A DNA stretch of 64,000 nucleotides. Origin: Candidatus Adlerbacteria bacterium. Lineage in GTDB: Bacteria; Patescibacteriota; Minisyncoccia; Phycocordibacterales; SBAW01. The translations under genes and the position numbers were made by a program. Below are positions 1-8,648 of the stretch, piece by piece. The DNA lies in assembly GCA_029288895.1 (NCBI GenBank), contig JARIGK010000001.1:65446-129445 (forward strand), read 5' to 3'. How positions within the stretch are numbered: the first letter of the stretch is position 1; each line of letters opens with the position of its first letter. The notes under the pieces are model-generated. The model was not told where the DNA came from, ran no database searches, and was given only the letters and a program-made list of their open reading frames with translations.

Positions 1-1
1 A

Positions 2-2761
2 ACTGCAACAACTTCAATCAACGGTGTATTGACCCAAGGTACAGGCTCAACACAAACAATCTTCCGTAACGGTAACCAGTACATTGGCGCTTCAAGCTTC
101 TTTAACCTCTCATATATTGGTAACCCGCTAACAGAAGGAAGTGGCTACCATGCAAGCGTGTTTAACAACTCGGTTGGTAACCGCGGCGAAGTATTGCAGC
201 TTGGCGGTGCGATGGGATCAAACACTGGCGTCGGTAACTTTATCGGTGCACTCTCGTTCGTAAACTCAAATTCAAGCGGCGGTAACCCTGGCCAGACCGC
301 AACAATCTACGGCTTTAACGACACAGCAGCAAACAACGGTGCGATGGCCTTCTTTACGCAAAATACAAGCGGCACTGCAACAGAAGCAATGCGCATCAAC
401 AGCAGCCAGCAGGTTGGCATTGGCACCACAACGCCTGCGGCGGCACTTGATGTGCGTGGTTCAGGCGGTAACGTTGGCATATTCGAAGCTGACGGCACTG
501 CAACCAACCCGACCCAATTACAGATCCGCGGCGTATCAAATTACAACAAAGTTTTCCAGATCGGCTACAACACAACAAATAGTTACGGTTCGCTCCAGGC
601 GCAAACGGTTGGCTCCACCTTTGACCCAATCGCCCTCAACCCATTGGGCGGCAACGTTGGTATTGGTACAACGACGCCAGGCTCTCCGTTAACTGTGTCT
701 GGTGCTGGCCTTGTCAGTACGTTTTACAATACAAACACGAGTAGTGATCAGCCGGTGCGTATGCTCCAACCAAGCCTTTCTACAGGTAATTCCACATCGC
801 TCGATATTGGTACTGCATGGAATTCAAATTACAACTCCGGTCAATTGCAGTTCACTAACGCGGGAGGTACGGGTAGTCAGTCCAATTATATTGGATTGGG
901 AGTATGGGGACAGACAAATGGTCTTATTGTGAACGGCTTCGGCAATGTTGGTATCGGTACTACATCGCCTGTTGCGACACTTGGCATGACGGGCAGCATC
1001 GGCGTTAACTCGACGCAGCTCTCTATTAATGCAAACGGTAGCGTTGGCGTAGGTACAAATACAACAAATGCGAAATTTACTATCAACGGAACCGGCGGCA
1101 ATGCATCGCACGGCGAGTTGGAAATTTCGAACACAGCCGTTACTTCGAACCTCGGCATCATAGGTATCGAAACAGGAAATAACTCATTGGCAAACGGCGG
1201 CACCTTGGGCGATCTCTCTATCATATCGGCCGGAAGCCTCATTTTGCAGGCGGGCGGCGGGGGAACGGTAAAGTTTAATAACACATCGACGGGGCAGGCT
1301 CAATTCTTCGGCTGGTCACAGCTCGACACCGACCCTAGAAGCGGCGCGATATTCGTAGGCAGCAACTCAGGATTCCGCGGAGTAATCCAATACGGTGCCA
1401 ACCCTTCAAGTTCGCTTTCTATCGACAATACCTACGACTCATCTACGGGTATTGGTATCCAATTTAGAACTCGCACCTCCGGCACCTCAACGACAACTGC
1501 AATGGCTATTCTCAACAATGGCAACATCGGTGTCGGTACAACAAACCCTGGACAGAAATTAACGGTGGCGGGCGCTGACAACTCGGCAACAGTTTCTATT
1601 GGTTTGTTCCGCAGTTCGCTTGATTATGGCCTGCTGCTGTCGACTGTCGGTAGTACAGGCAATTCAAGCATTGTTGCCTCGGGCAGCGGTTCAAGTTTGA
1701 CTCTTGGTGCAAGCGGGACCTCACCTTTTGTAATAGCTTCAAACGGCAACGTCGGTATTGGTAGTACGTCGCCTTCGCGAATAATGTCTATCCAGTCTGC
1801 AGTGTCGACTGCGCAGATGACGGTTGCATACGACACATCGCGCTACACCGACTTCCTCACAAACTCTGTGGGCGACCTTACGATCACGCCGCAGGGCCAA
1901 GACATCTTCAGCAACGACAGCAACCTCTGGATCTGTTCTGGCGGCTCGTGCCCAAGCGGTACGCCAACTGGCACCGGTAACATCATTGTCGAAAACAACA
2001 TCGGTATTGGTACTACGACGCCGAAGTATCGTCTCACTATTGAATCGCAAAACAACACTGACAACCTCTTCCAGATTGCGTCGTCGACAAACCAGAGTAT
2101 CGTCGTTGTAAACGCAAACGGCCGTGTCGGTATCGGCACCTCGACTCCAAGCCAGCAGTTCTCGGTTGCAGACCGCCTCTTCGTTGGCGCAGGCGGTGCG
2201 TCGGGTATGGGTACTGCAACGTCGACCTTCCAAGGCGACATCAAGATCACCGGTAAGCTCGACGTCGGCACCATCGACCCTGTGTACACCATCGACGGCG
2301 TGAAGTACGCAACCTACGGCCACTCGACTGTGGGCCTCAAAGAAGAAGCTGTCGCCGTACTTGAGGTGACAGATAAAAATCCAAAGACCGGCAAGTACGA
2401 AAAGAAAATCTCATTCAAAGATTTGGACAAAGGAAGCGACCTCTGGCTCTTCTACCAAGTCACTGACTTTGGTGATAATTGGAAGAACCTTGTCATCAAC
2501 CTGACGGCGTCGTTCGACGGCTCGGTCTTCTATACCAAGGTGCCGAACGAGGCAGCGGTTGTCGTTTCGGCAGACCAGCCTGGCGAAGTCTCGGCGCGCT
2601 TTATCGCAAACCGCTTCGACTCCGACAAGTGGCCGAATATTCGCCCAGACCAAAACGGGCCGTATAAGGGCCATGAGCTCCAAACTACGCCGACAGGGCA
2701 GGCAACTGCCGTGGGCAGCATAATGCCAATTCGTGCCGATGCCTTTGATCCGGCACAGTAG
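2..2761 (+). CDS. 5'-partial giant extracellular repeat protein with about 40-aa periodic G-N-V-G-I-G-T-T-x-P repeats (tail-fibre-like or beta-helical surface protein). The reading frame is open to the window edge.
   Basis: More than 15 copies of GNVGIGTTTP / GSVGVGTNTT / NIGVGTTNP / RVGIGTSTP motifs at regular spacing. Gly/Asn/Ser/Thr-rich with no Cys until the C-terminus. No stop between position 2 and the annotated TTG at 29. Confidence 0.6.
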   Translation, partial: TATTSINGVLTQGTGSTQTIFRNGNQYIGASSFFNLSYIGNPLTEGSGYHASVFNNSVGNRGEVLQLGGAMGSNTGVGNFIGALSFVNSNSSGGNPGQTATIYGFNDTAANNGAMAFFTQNTSGTATEAMRINSSQQVGIGTTTPAAALDVRGSGGNVGIFEADGTATNPTQLQIRGVSNYNKVFQIGYNTTNSYGSLQAQTVGSTFDPIALNPLGGNVGIGTTTPGSPLTVSGAGLVSTFYNTNTSSDQPVRMLQPSLSTGNSTSLDIGTAWNSNYNSGQLQFTNAGGTGSQSNYIGLGVWGQTNGLIVNGFGNVGIGTTSPVATLGMTGSIGVNSTQLSINANGSVGVGTNTTNAKFTINGTGGNASHGELEISNTAVTSNLGIIGIETGNNSLANGGTLGDLSIISAGSLILQAGGGGTVKFNNTSTGQAQFFGWSQLDTDPRSGAIFVGSNSGFRGVIQYGANPSSSLSIDNTYDSSTGIGIQFRTRTSGTSTTTAMAILNNGNIGVGTTNPGQKLTVAGADNSATVSIGLFRSSLDYGLLLSTVGSTGNSSIVASGSGSSLTLGASGTSPFVIASNGNVGIGSTSPSRIMSIQSAVSTAQMTVAYDTSRYTDFLTNSVGDLTITPQGQDIFSNDSNLWICSGGSCPSGTPTGTGNIIVENNIGIGTTTPKYRLTIESQNNTDNLFQIASSTNQSIVVVNANGRVGIGTSTPSQQFSVADRLFVGAGGASGMGTATSTFQGDIKITGKLDVGTIDPVYTIDGVKYATYGHSTVGLKEEAVAVLEVTDKNPKTGKYEKKISFKDLDKGSDLWLFYQVTDFGDNWKNLVINLTASFDGSVFYTKVPNEAAVVVSADQPGEVSARFIANRFDSDKWPNIRPDQNGPYKGHELQTTPTGQATAVGSIMPIRADAFDPAQ

Positions 2762-2781
2762 GGAGGAGTATACTAACCACT

Positions 2782-2973
2782 ATGAGACGCGTGCTCGCAT
2801 TACTCACCCCATTGTCGCTTGTAGGCATACTGAGTTTCTACGGAATCTCGTGGCTCCATGCGGCGCCAGAGCCAACGATGTGCGCAGTTACAGACCATAC
2901 TGCTTCTGCAACGGTCCCACAGGCACACACAGACGAGAGAGTTTATTTTGTTGGGTGCGGCGGGCTTTTCTAA
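2782..2973 (+). CDS. 63-aa exported or membrane-anchored small peptide (cassette 1 peptide). Hydrophobic N-terminus, conserved C-terminus ...ERVYFVGCGGLF.
   Basis: The palindromic -10 box AGTATACT lies 7 nt upstream of the ATG. The stop overlaps the next ATG (TAATG). A paralogous peptide at 14802 has the same C-terminal motif. Confidence 0.6.
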   Translation: MRRVLALLTPLSLVGILSFYGISWLHAAPEPTMCAVTDHTASATVPQAHTDERVYFVGCGGLF

Positions 2974-3422
2974 TGAGCACCAAAGACCCACGGGATTGGC
3001 GGATTGTGCCCACTGTATATAAGGAGGGGGAGTACGCAGCGCCTATTGCACGTTTTGAACGGAGCGATTTTGTATGGGAAAAACTCGGCGCAACACTCGA
3101 TGCGCACCGCCCACACGGGCTCGGTATTATGCTTTCGTTTGCATGGCAGCTCCATACGTATGCATATAACGAAGCAAACAAACGAGGTGTGGTGACTGCG
3201 GTTGCCATGCCCACCAACGTAAGCGCCTTGTCGGGGCTTATGAAATCAGTGCCTATTGATGCAGTGCTGACAACAGACGAAGGTGCGCGCGCGTTTATGG
3301 ACGATCTGCGCGAGGTAGGTATGCTCGAGCGCATCAAGGTATGGATTATCGTTTCACCCAAAGATGCGCCTAGCTCATTCACCGCACCCGTCGGTGTCAC
3401 CGTGCATGACATACTCCCATGA
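2973..3422 (+). CDS. About 150-aa protein of unknown function (cassette 1 middle gene). It is translationally coupled to the peptide upstream and the ligase downstream.
   Basis: ATG overlaps the peptide stop (TAATG). Its stop overlaps the ligase start (ATGA). About 40% identical to the 15012..15335 product (GLGI[ML]L, VxAVA[ML]P[TS]x[VI]SAL[ST]GL and IKxW[IF]IV motifs). Confidence 0.6.
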   Translation: MSTKDPRDWRIVPTVYKEGEYAAPIARFERSDFVWEKLGATLDAHRPHGLGIMLSFAWQLHTYAYNEANKRGVVTAVAMPTNVSALSGLMKSVPIDAVLTTDEGARAFMDDLREVGMLERIKVWIIVSPKDAPSSFTAPVGVTVHDILP

Positions 3423-4702
3423 ATAATCAACACGCACTTCTTCAAACAGCGCTCGACTTCGCGCTCCGAAATCCGCACTCTGATTTTTATCGTCGGAAGT
3501 TTGGCGCATCGTGGGAACAGTATTTTGGCAAGCCAATAGAAGACATTCCATTTCTGGTGCGAAAAGAAATTGATGATGCGCCGATATTTGAACGGACGTT
3601 TGTACCGCGCGAGATGGTGCGTTTTATCCGCTCGACGTCAGGCTCGAGCGGGAAACATGTGATCGGGTTCCCGATGCTTGAAGAAGGGTTGTATCAAGAA
3701 TTTTTGCGTTCTATCGGGTATACGCATACACCGGGGCAGCTCTCGCGTTACTTCGAACCATACTTTACGCAGATGAATATACGCTCGATGCTGCTCTTTT
3801 CCGCTGGCGCGTTTGTGCATGAGGCTCGCGTGCGAGACATGGAAGGAAGGCAGTGTATCGCTGGAGAATTTTCGCAACCCAAACTTACGGCACAGCTCGG
3901 TACCGAAGCCGCTGTGGATGCAATTGTCGGCAACCCAAGCGGGCTGGTCGATTTTGCTCCGCATATGCGTGCTGCCGGGGGCCATACAGGCGTCCGCCTT
4001 ATTATCTCGGTTGGTGAGCGCCCCACGGCACTCCAGTTTGAAACACTCGAGACTTCGTTCCCGAATGCAAAAATTGCATTGCAGTATGGCCTTACAGAAT
4101 CGCAAGGATATGTTGGCTATACCTGTCCAGAAAAACTAAGCGTCGACCCCAAAGCGCTGCACTTGGCAGAGGGGACCCTCTTTATGGAACTTATCGACCC
4201 GGATACCGAAGCGGTATTGCCGCTCCAGCCTGGCACCGAAGGCGAGGTGGTTATAACTACGCACGAACCGCAAGGATTCCCACTTATACGCTATCGGACC
4301 GGAGATTTTGCACGCATTCGCGAAGAGTCCTGTAGCTGTACGGGGAGCCCCTTGTTGTTTGAATGTATGGGGAGGCTCGAGCTTGATCGCGTGCGCGTCC
4401 CCAAAGGCATGCTCACGATTGCAGCAATTGAGCATGCAATTTTTGGGTTTGGCGGCGTTCGCGAATTTGAAGCGAAGTGGAATACAGACGGTGGCCTGCC
4501 TCGATTGGAGATTTCTTTATATATGGAACACCGATACGCTGCAGAACATGTTATGGCCGATGAGCTTGCGTCGCGCATCCGTATTGCGCCCACAGTAACC
4601 TACAAAACAATAGTGGACGAAGGTCGCGCACTGCCACTGTCCGTAACGATACTGCCTCCCGAACAGTGGGTCGGCTGGAAAAAGAAAAAGCGATTGCGTT
4701 AG
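3419..4702 (+). CDS. PaaK / coenzyme F390 synthetase / CapK-like adenylate-forming enzyme (ANL superfamily). Cassette 1 ligase.
   Basis: P-loop-like RSTSGSSGKHV near residue 70, a YRTGD hinge motif and a C-terminal subdomain of about 100 aa. Total length 427 aa, typical of phenylacetate-CoA ligase-like enzymes. Confidence 0.75.
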   Translation: MNNQHALLQTALDFALRNPHSDFYRRKFGASWEQYFGKPIEDIPFLVRKEIDDAPIFERTFVPREMVRFIRSTSGSSGKHVIGFPMLEEGLYQEFLRSIGYTHTPGQLSRYFEPYFTQMNIRSMLLFSAGAFVHEARVRDMEGRQCIAGEFSQPKLTAQLGTEAAVDAIVGNPSGLVDFAPHMRAAGGHTGVRLIISVGERPTALQFETLETSFPNAKIALQYGLTESQGYVGYTCPEKLSVDPKALHLAEGTLFMELIDPDTEAVLPLQPGTEGEVVITTHEPQGFPLIRYRTGDFARIREESCSCTGSPLLFECMGRLELDRVRVPKGMLTIAAIEHAIFGFGGVREFEAKWNTDGGLPRLEISLYMEHRYAAEHVMADELASRIRIAPTVTYKTIVDEGRALPLSVTILPPEQWVGWKKKKRLR

Positions 4703-5151
4703 TTCGTAAGGGGGAGTAGGTCGCCTGCAACAACGGTGTTTGCCTCAAGGCGGCTGCGCTCGAGCGAATTGGTAAATTGAATATAGATCTGTTCGCCTAT
4801 TTGAAACCCTGTTTGTTCAAGCGGCTCTACTGATACGTTAGCAATGACGCCGTCTGCTCCTGGAGTTCCATGGATGCGTGACATGGTTGCGTTCGGGGCG
4901 AGCCATATTTTTGCTGTTGCTGTTCGCCCCATGCCAGCATCATACGAAATGATCATCCACCCCGCATCGGTATTATTTTGAAGCAGCGTTGCAGATCGTC
5001 TCGTGTCTTTTATGACGCCCACTACGTTTGCTTTCGCTCTTTGAAGGTTTGGGTCTTTTGTTGCGTTGGCCTGCATAACATTGAGCGTGATGCTGCCAGC
5101 AAGCAATGCGCTCAATGCAAACAAGAAGGGCGCTGTACTTTTCTGGGTCAT
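4699..5151 (-). CDS. Secreted hypothetical protein (150 aa) with a signal peptide.
   Basis: Hydrophobic N-terminus (MTQKSTAPFLFALSALLAGSITLNVMQA). Convergent with the ligase, with a 4-nt overlap. Confidence 0.45.
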   Translation of the reverse strand: MTQKSTAPFLFALSALLAGSITLNVMQANATKDPNLQRAKANVVGVIKDTRRSATLLQNNTDAGWMIISYDAGMGRTATAKIWLAPNATMSRIHGTPGADGVIANVSVEPLEQTGFQIGEQIYIQFTNSLERSRLEANTVVAGDLLPLTN

Positions 5152-5157
5152 AGGTAG

Positions 5158-5586
5158 TTACTGAGTTGGCGATATAAATATAATCATAGCGTATGGAGTA
5201 GTATTGTTCGGGCTAAGCCACACGGTAGTGCGTATTCGCAGCCCGCTTTTTATTGTTTTTGCTGTGTCCGTTTGGAGCAGCCGCGAATCGACAATTAGTC
5301 CTTGCTCGTCTTGTGTAATAGTACGTACAAGCATGGCCGTGTCATTGTCGTAGTGGATGAGAATCGTGCGCGACACCCGGCCGGGGTACGGGTCTTCTTT
5401 CAGGAGAAATGAATCAGAGGATACCCGAGTAACAGTGCCACTGAGCGATAGCGACATACTGTGTTGCAATGTAAGTGCCGCTGCGGCGCTGCTGTTGTCG
5501 GGCAAGACTAATATCCCCATTGTTGAAGCAACAATAGCTCCAACACAGACGCCAAAGACGATCGCCAATGCTGAAGAAACATTCAT
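5158..5586 (-). CDS. Exported or membrane-anchored hypothetical protein (142 aa).
   Basis: N-terminal TM/signal segment. A TATACT -10 box lies 6 nt upstream of its ATG, on the minus strand at 5593-5598. Confidence 0.45.
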   Translation of the reverse strand: MNVSSALAIVFGVCVGAIVASTMGILVLPDNSSAAAALTLQHSMSLSLSGTVTRVSSDSFLLKEDPYPGRVSRTILIHYDNDTAMLVRTITQDEQGLIVDSRLLQTDTAKTIKSGLRIRTTVWLSPNNTTPYAMIIFISPTQ

Positions 5587-5634
5587 CCGTCCAGTATAGC
5601 GCGCATAGAGAAACCTTTCGCGTATACTATATAT

Positions 5635-7089
5635 ATGCGTATAGTTCGCACGTTTCTGCCAGCACTGGCGCTCGTCCTTGTGTGCGTGGTTTACATGCTA
5701 TTGCCGTTAGCAACACAAGACGCAGGAGGCGCCCTCCTTTCATGTGCTGCTATAGGTGTCGTGTTGTTGGCCATACTGGCGTGGGGGTATGTGCCTAGCC
5801 CTCGCCACTGGCATGTATCCCAATGGCTGCTTGTGGCATGTATAGGTTCGGTTTTTGTATCTGTGCTTCTGTCAAAAAATTACGCCCATGCGTTATGGGG
5901 ATTTTCGTTCGACATGACATCCGCGTTCTTCCTTTTGTTTGTATTCGTACTCCCACTTATTGTGGGTGGGCTTCCGGTCCATGTGCGGAGAATTATTTTT
6001 TTGGCGTCTTGTGTATCGCTTGCATTGCTCTTGATATATCCGCTCGTGCGCTCGGAAGTGTATGTCCGCCCGTCGAACGATGCCACAATGGGAATTGAAG
6101 CTGCCTCGTATGCAGATGGCGGGACGCGTGCACTCCTTGTTGGTGTAGGGCCCAACTCATTTTTGTATGCCTGGCAAAAATACAGGCCAACTGCGGTACT
6201 CACAACGCCATTTTGGAATGAAGATTTTCCTGTAGGTGGTAGTGTGCTCGCAACACTCATGATCGAATGTGGCGTACTGAGTGTCTTGCTCTTGTGTCTC
6301 GCATACTTGTCTGCGTGTGCAGAGGAAGTATGGAGAAGTCTCACAGAGGAATATTCGATCATTAGAAAAAGTTTGTATACGTTGCCTGCGTGGATCGTTC
6401 TTGGCTCTTTGTTTGCTCTTATGTTTGCGGAGCCGTCGGCGCCGCTGGTGTTGGTGTGTGGAATGCTTCTTGGGTCATTTCGCTTTCATACAGAGCCACG
6501 GATTGTACTCGGCCCATGGACTCGCGGCGCAGGTGTTGTAGTGGGTGTTGCATACCTGTGCGTTGTGGCCTATATAGCAACCGCTGTTATATTTTATTTT
6601 TCTGCGTTCTCAAAAGTGCAAGCGCAAGATCTGACTTCGGCGCAACACACAGGAGAATATTCCTATCAGCTCTATAAAAATCCACAGACTGCACGATTTC
6701 TTTCGCAGACCTTCCGTTCGCTTGGTCATGAACTTGGGCGGACGCACGTAGGGCAGGACACAATCCAAGCTTCCTTCCATGCTGCGAGCGCATATGCCCG
6801 TGCAGCAACGGTGCAAGAACCACAGAATGGCCAAAATTGGAAATTGCTTGGTATCAGTCTCGCAGAAGAATTAGCGCTGCAAAAAAATGCCGCCTTTTTT
6901 AGTGAAGGTAAAAAAGCTTTTGATACAGCAGCGGTGCGTATTCCTGCTGACCCATCAATTTTCTTTTTCGAAGCCCAGCTATATATCTTGGCAGGGGACA
7001 GAGAGGGTGCAAAGTCCTTGCTTGATAAAGCGCTTGCTTTGAAGCCTGACTATACCGAAGCAAACGATCTGCGTACGGCCATACAGTAG
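5635..7089 (+). CDS. Polytopic membrane protein, O-antigen ligase/Wzy-like, with a C-terminal TPR-like region.
   Basis: At least 10 predicted TM helices followed by a soluble C-terminal helical-repeat region (KALALKPDYTEAND). A TATACT box lies 6 nt upstream of the ATG. Confidence 0.45.
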   Translation: MRIVRTFLPALALVLVCVVYMLLPLATQDAGGALLSCAAIGVVLLAILAWGYVPSPRHWHVSQWLLVACIGSVFVSVLLSKNYAHALWGFSFDMTSAFFLLFVFVLPLIVGGLPVHVRRIIFLASCVSLALLLIYPLVRSEVYVRPSNDATMGIEAASYADGGTRALLVGVGPNSFLYAWQKYRPTAVLTTPFWNEDFPVGGSVLATLMIECGVLSVLLLCLAYLSACAEEVWRSLTEEYSIIRKSLYTLPAWIVLGSLFALMFAEPSAPLVLVCGMLLGSFRFHTEPRIVLGPWTRGAGVVVGVAYLCVVAYIATAVIFYFSAFSKVQAQDLTSAQHTGEYSYQLYKNPQTARFLSQTFRSLGHELGRTHVGQDTIQASFHAASAYARAATVQEPQNGQNWKLLGISLAEELALQKNAAFFSEGKKAFDTAAVRIPADPSIFFFEAQLYILAGDREGAKSLLDKALALKPDYTEANDLRTAIQ

Positions 7090-7098
7090 GGCACTACT

Positions 7099-8643
7099 AT
7101 GAGAACAGCAGAACATCGAACGCTCTACGTCCGTATTTTTTTGAGCGCCATCTGTCTTGGTGTGTGTCTGTTGAGCGCACGAAATTATACTTCCACGCTG
7201 CCGCTTGGATATAACGTCGTACTTATAAGCATTGATAGTCTGCGCACCGATCATATGAGTTTGTACGGATATGAACGTCCGACAACCCCCACTATCGATG
7301 CGTATGCAAAGGGCGCGGCTGTATTCGACAACTATTTTTCGACGAGCATGATAACCCCGATAAGCGAGATGAGCGTACAAACAGGCACGTACCCATTTAC
7401 GAGCGGCCTCATCAATTTTGAATCCATTCTTTCTCCTAAAGTCGAAACTCTAGCCGAAGTGCTCCATGCACATGGATGGAAGACAGCGTCGTTTGGCTCT
7501 TCGGTCGAGTTCGACCTTCCGGTTTCGAAAATCGATTTCTCCAGAGGGTTTGATGCGTATGTTGGTAATGTCAATCTAAAAGAAAAACCATTGCCGTGGT
7601 TTGGGCGCAACGATTCGCATATAGATGAAGCGCTTGCGTGGGCGAGAAACGCATCATATGGCACGCAGCCGTTCTTTCTGTGGCTACGTATCGGCTCGGC
7701 TCATTGGCCGTATGGGTATGATGAACCTGCGCACGTTACGGACCCGGCCTACGATGGGCCGATGAAAGCAGACATGTCATCCCCTACAGAGCAGGAGATG
7801 ATATCTATGTTTAGCCAACGGTACGGCACTATTTGGAACGGCCGCGAGTATGGAGTGAATGCCGGCCGCAGTAGTGCAGGTGTGCAAGAAGATATTTCAT
7901 ATATTACTGATAGATATGACGATGGCATTATCAAAACAGATCGTGAGCTAGCGCCGCTTCTGGCGTTTCTTTCGCAAACGTATATCGCCGACAGAACGAT
8001 TGTCATTATTGAGTCCGAACACGGAGAAGGGTTAGGGGAAAGGGGATACGTAGCGCATTACGACATATCAGATGATGAAACTCATGTTCCACTTATTATC
8101 AAAGCACCCTTGCTGCGCCCACAAAACGTACAAGATTTGATTTCTGGCGTTGATGTATTCCCCACACTTATGGCCGCACTTCATCTTCCGCAGAAAAAAG
8201 TGGACGGGATAAATTTCCTCCCGCGGCTGTCGGGTGCATCAAGCACTACTCCACGCGGTGAGATATTTTTGACGCGCACGCCGCTGTGGGAGCGAATCTT
8301 GAGTACGGAGGTGCCGTGGCTTTTGCCGCTCGTACCCAAAGACAACGCTGCCAACTATCACGATACGGCACTACGAACAGATGAATGGAAGCTTGTGCAT
8401 CGCACTGCGCGCCAGGCAGAAGAGCAATACTCGTGGTACGGGCACATGAGCGGTGTGCCTGTCGTGCGCCCAGAGTACGAGCTGTACCACATGCCCACTG
8501 ACCCGCACGAGACTATGAATGTGTATGCAGAGTACCCACAGATCGCAGAGGCTCTCAAAGAAAAACTGCTTTCGTGGGAACGTATAACAGAGGGGCGTAG
8601 TACTATACAAATGAAACCAGGAAGCCTTCAGCCGTATTTTTAA
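7099..8643 (+). CDS. Alkaline-phosphatase-superfamily ('sulfatase-like') membrane-anchored enzyme with a Thr nucleophile motif. Likely a phosphodiesterase or phosphotransferase acting on an envelope polymer.
   Basis: N-terminal metal-binding motif ISIDSLRTDHMSLYGY. Nucleophile region ITPISEMSVQTGTYP resembles the NPP/EptA-type T-x-P...TG-x-YP motif, not the sulfatase C/S-x-P-x-R motif. Confidence 0.6.
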   Translation: MRTAEHRTLYVRIFLSAICLGVCLLSARNYTSTLPLGYNVVLISIDSLRTDHMSLYGYERPTTPTIDAYAKGAAVFDNYFSTSMITPISEMSVQTGTYPFTSGLINFESILSPKVETLAEVLHAHGWKTASFGSSVEFDLPVSKIDFSRGFDAYVGNVNLKEKPLPWFGRNDSHIDEALAWARNASYGTQPFFLWLRIGSAHWPYGYDEPAHVTDPAYDGPMKADMSSPTEQEMISMFSQRYGTIWNGREYGVNAGRSSAGVQEDISYITDRYDDGIIKTDRELAPLLAFLSQTYIADRTIVIIESEHGEGLGERGYVAHYDISDDETHVPLIIKAPLLRPQNVQDLISGVDVFPTLMAALHLPQKKVDGINFLPRLSGASSTTPRGEIFLTRTPLWERILSTEVPWLLPLVPKDNAANYHDTALRTDEWKLVHRTARQAEEQYSWYGHMSGVPVVRPEYELYHMPTDPHETMNVYAEYPQIAEALKEKLLSWERITEGRSTIQMKPGSLQPYF

Positions 8644-8648
8644 GTACT

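Noticed and set aside
307-2323. Multiple 60-194 aa ORFs on both strands inside the 910-aa repeat-protein gene (for example 1739..2323 minus, 886..1284 minus).
   Set aside because: They are embedded in or antisense to a clearly coding repeat gene. Repetitive GC-rich sequence generates spurious open frames.
3021-3028. Strong Shine-Dalgarno-like AAGGAGGG inside the cassette 1 middle gene.
   Set aside because: No in-frame start codon follows within 15 nt; it simply encodes K-E-G-E. It could not be tied to an internal start.
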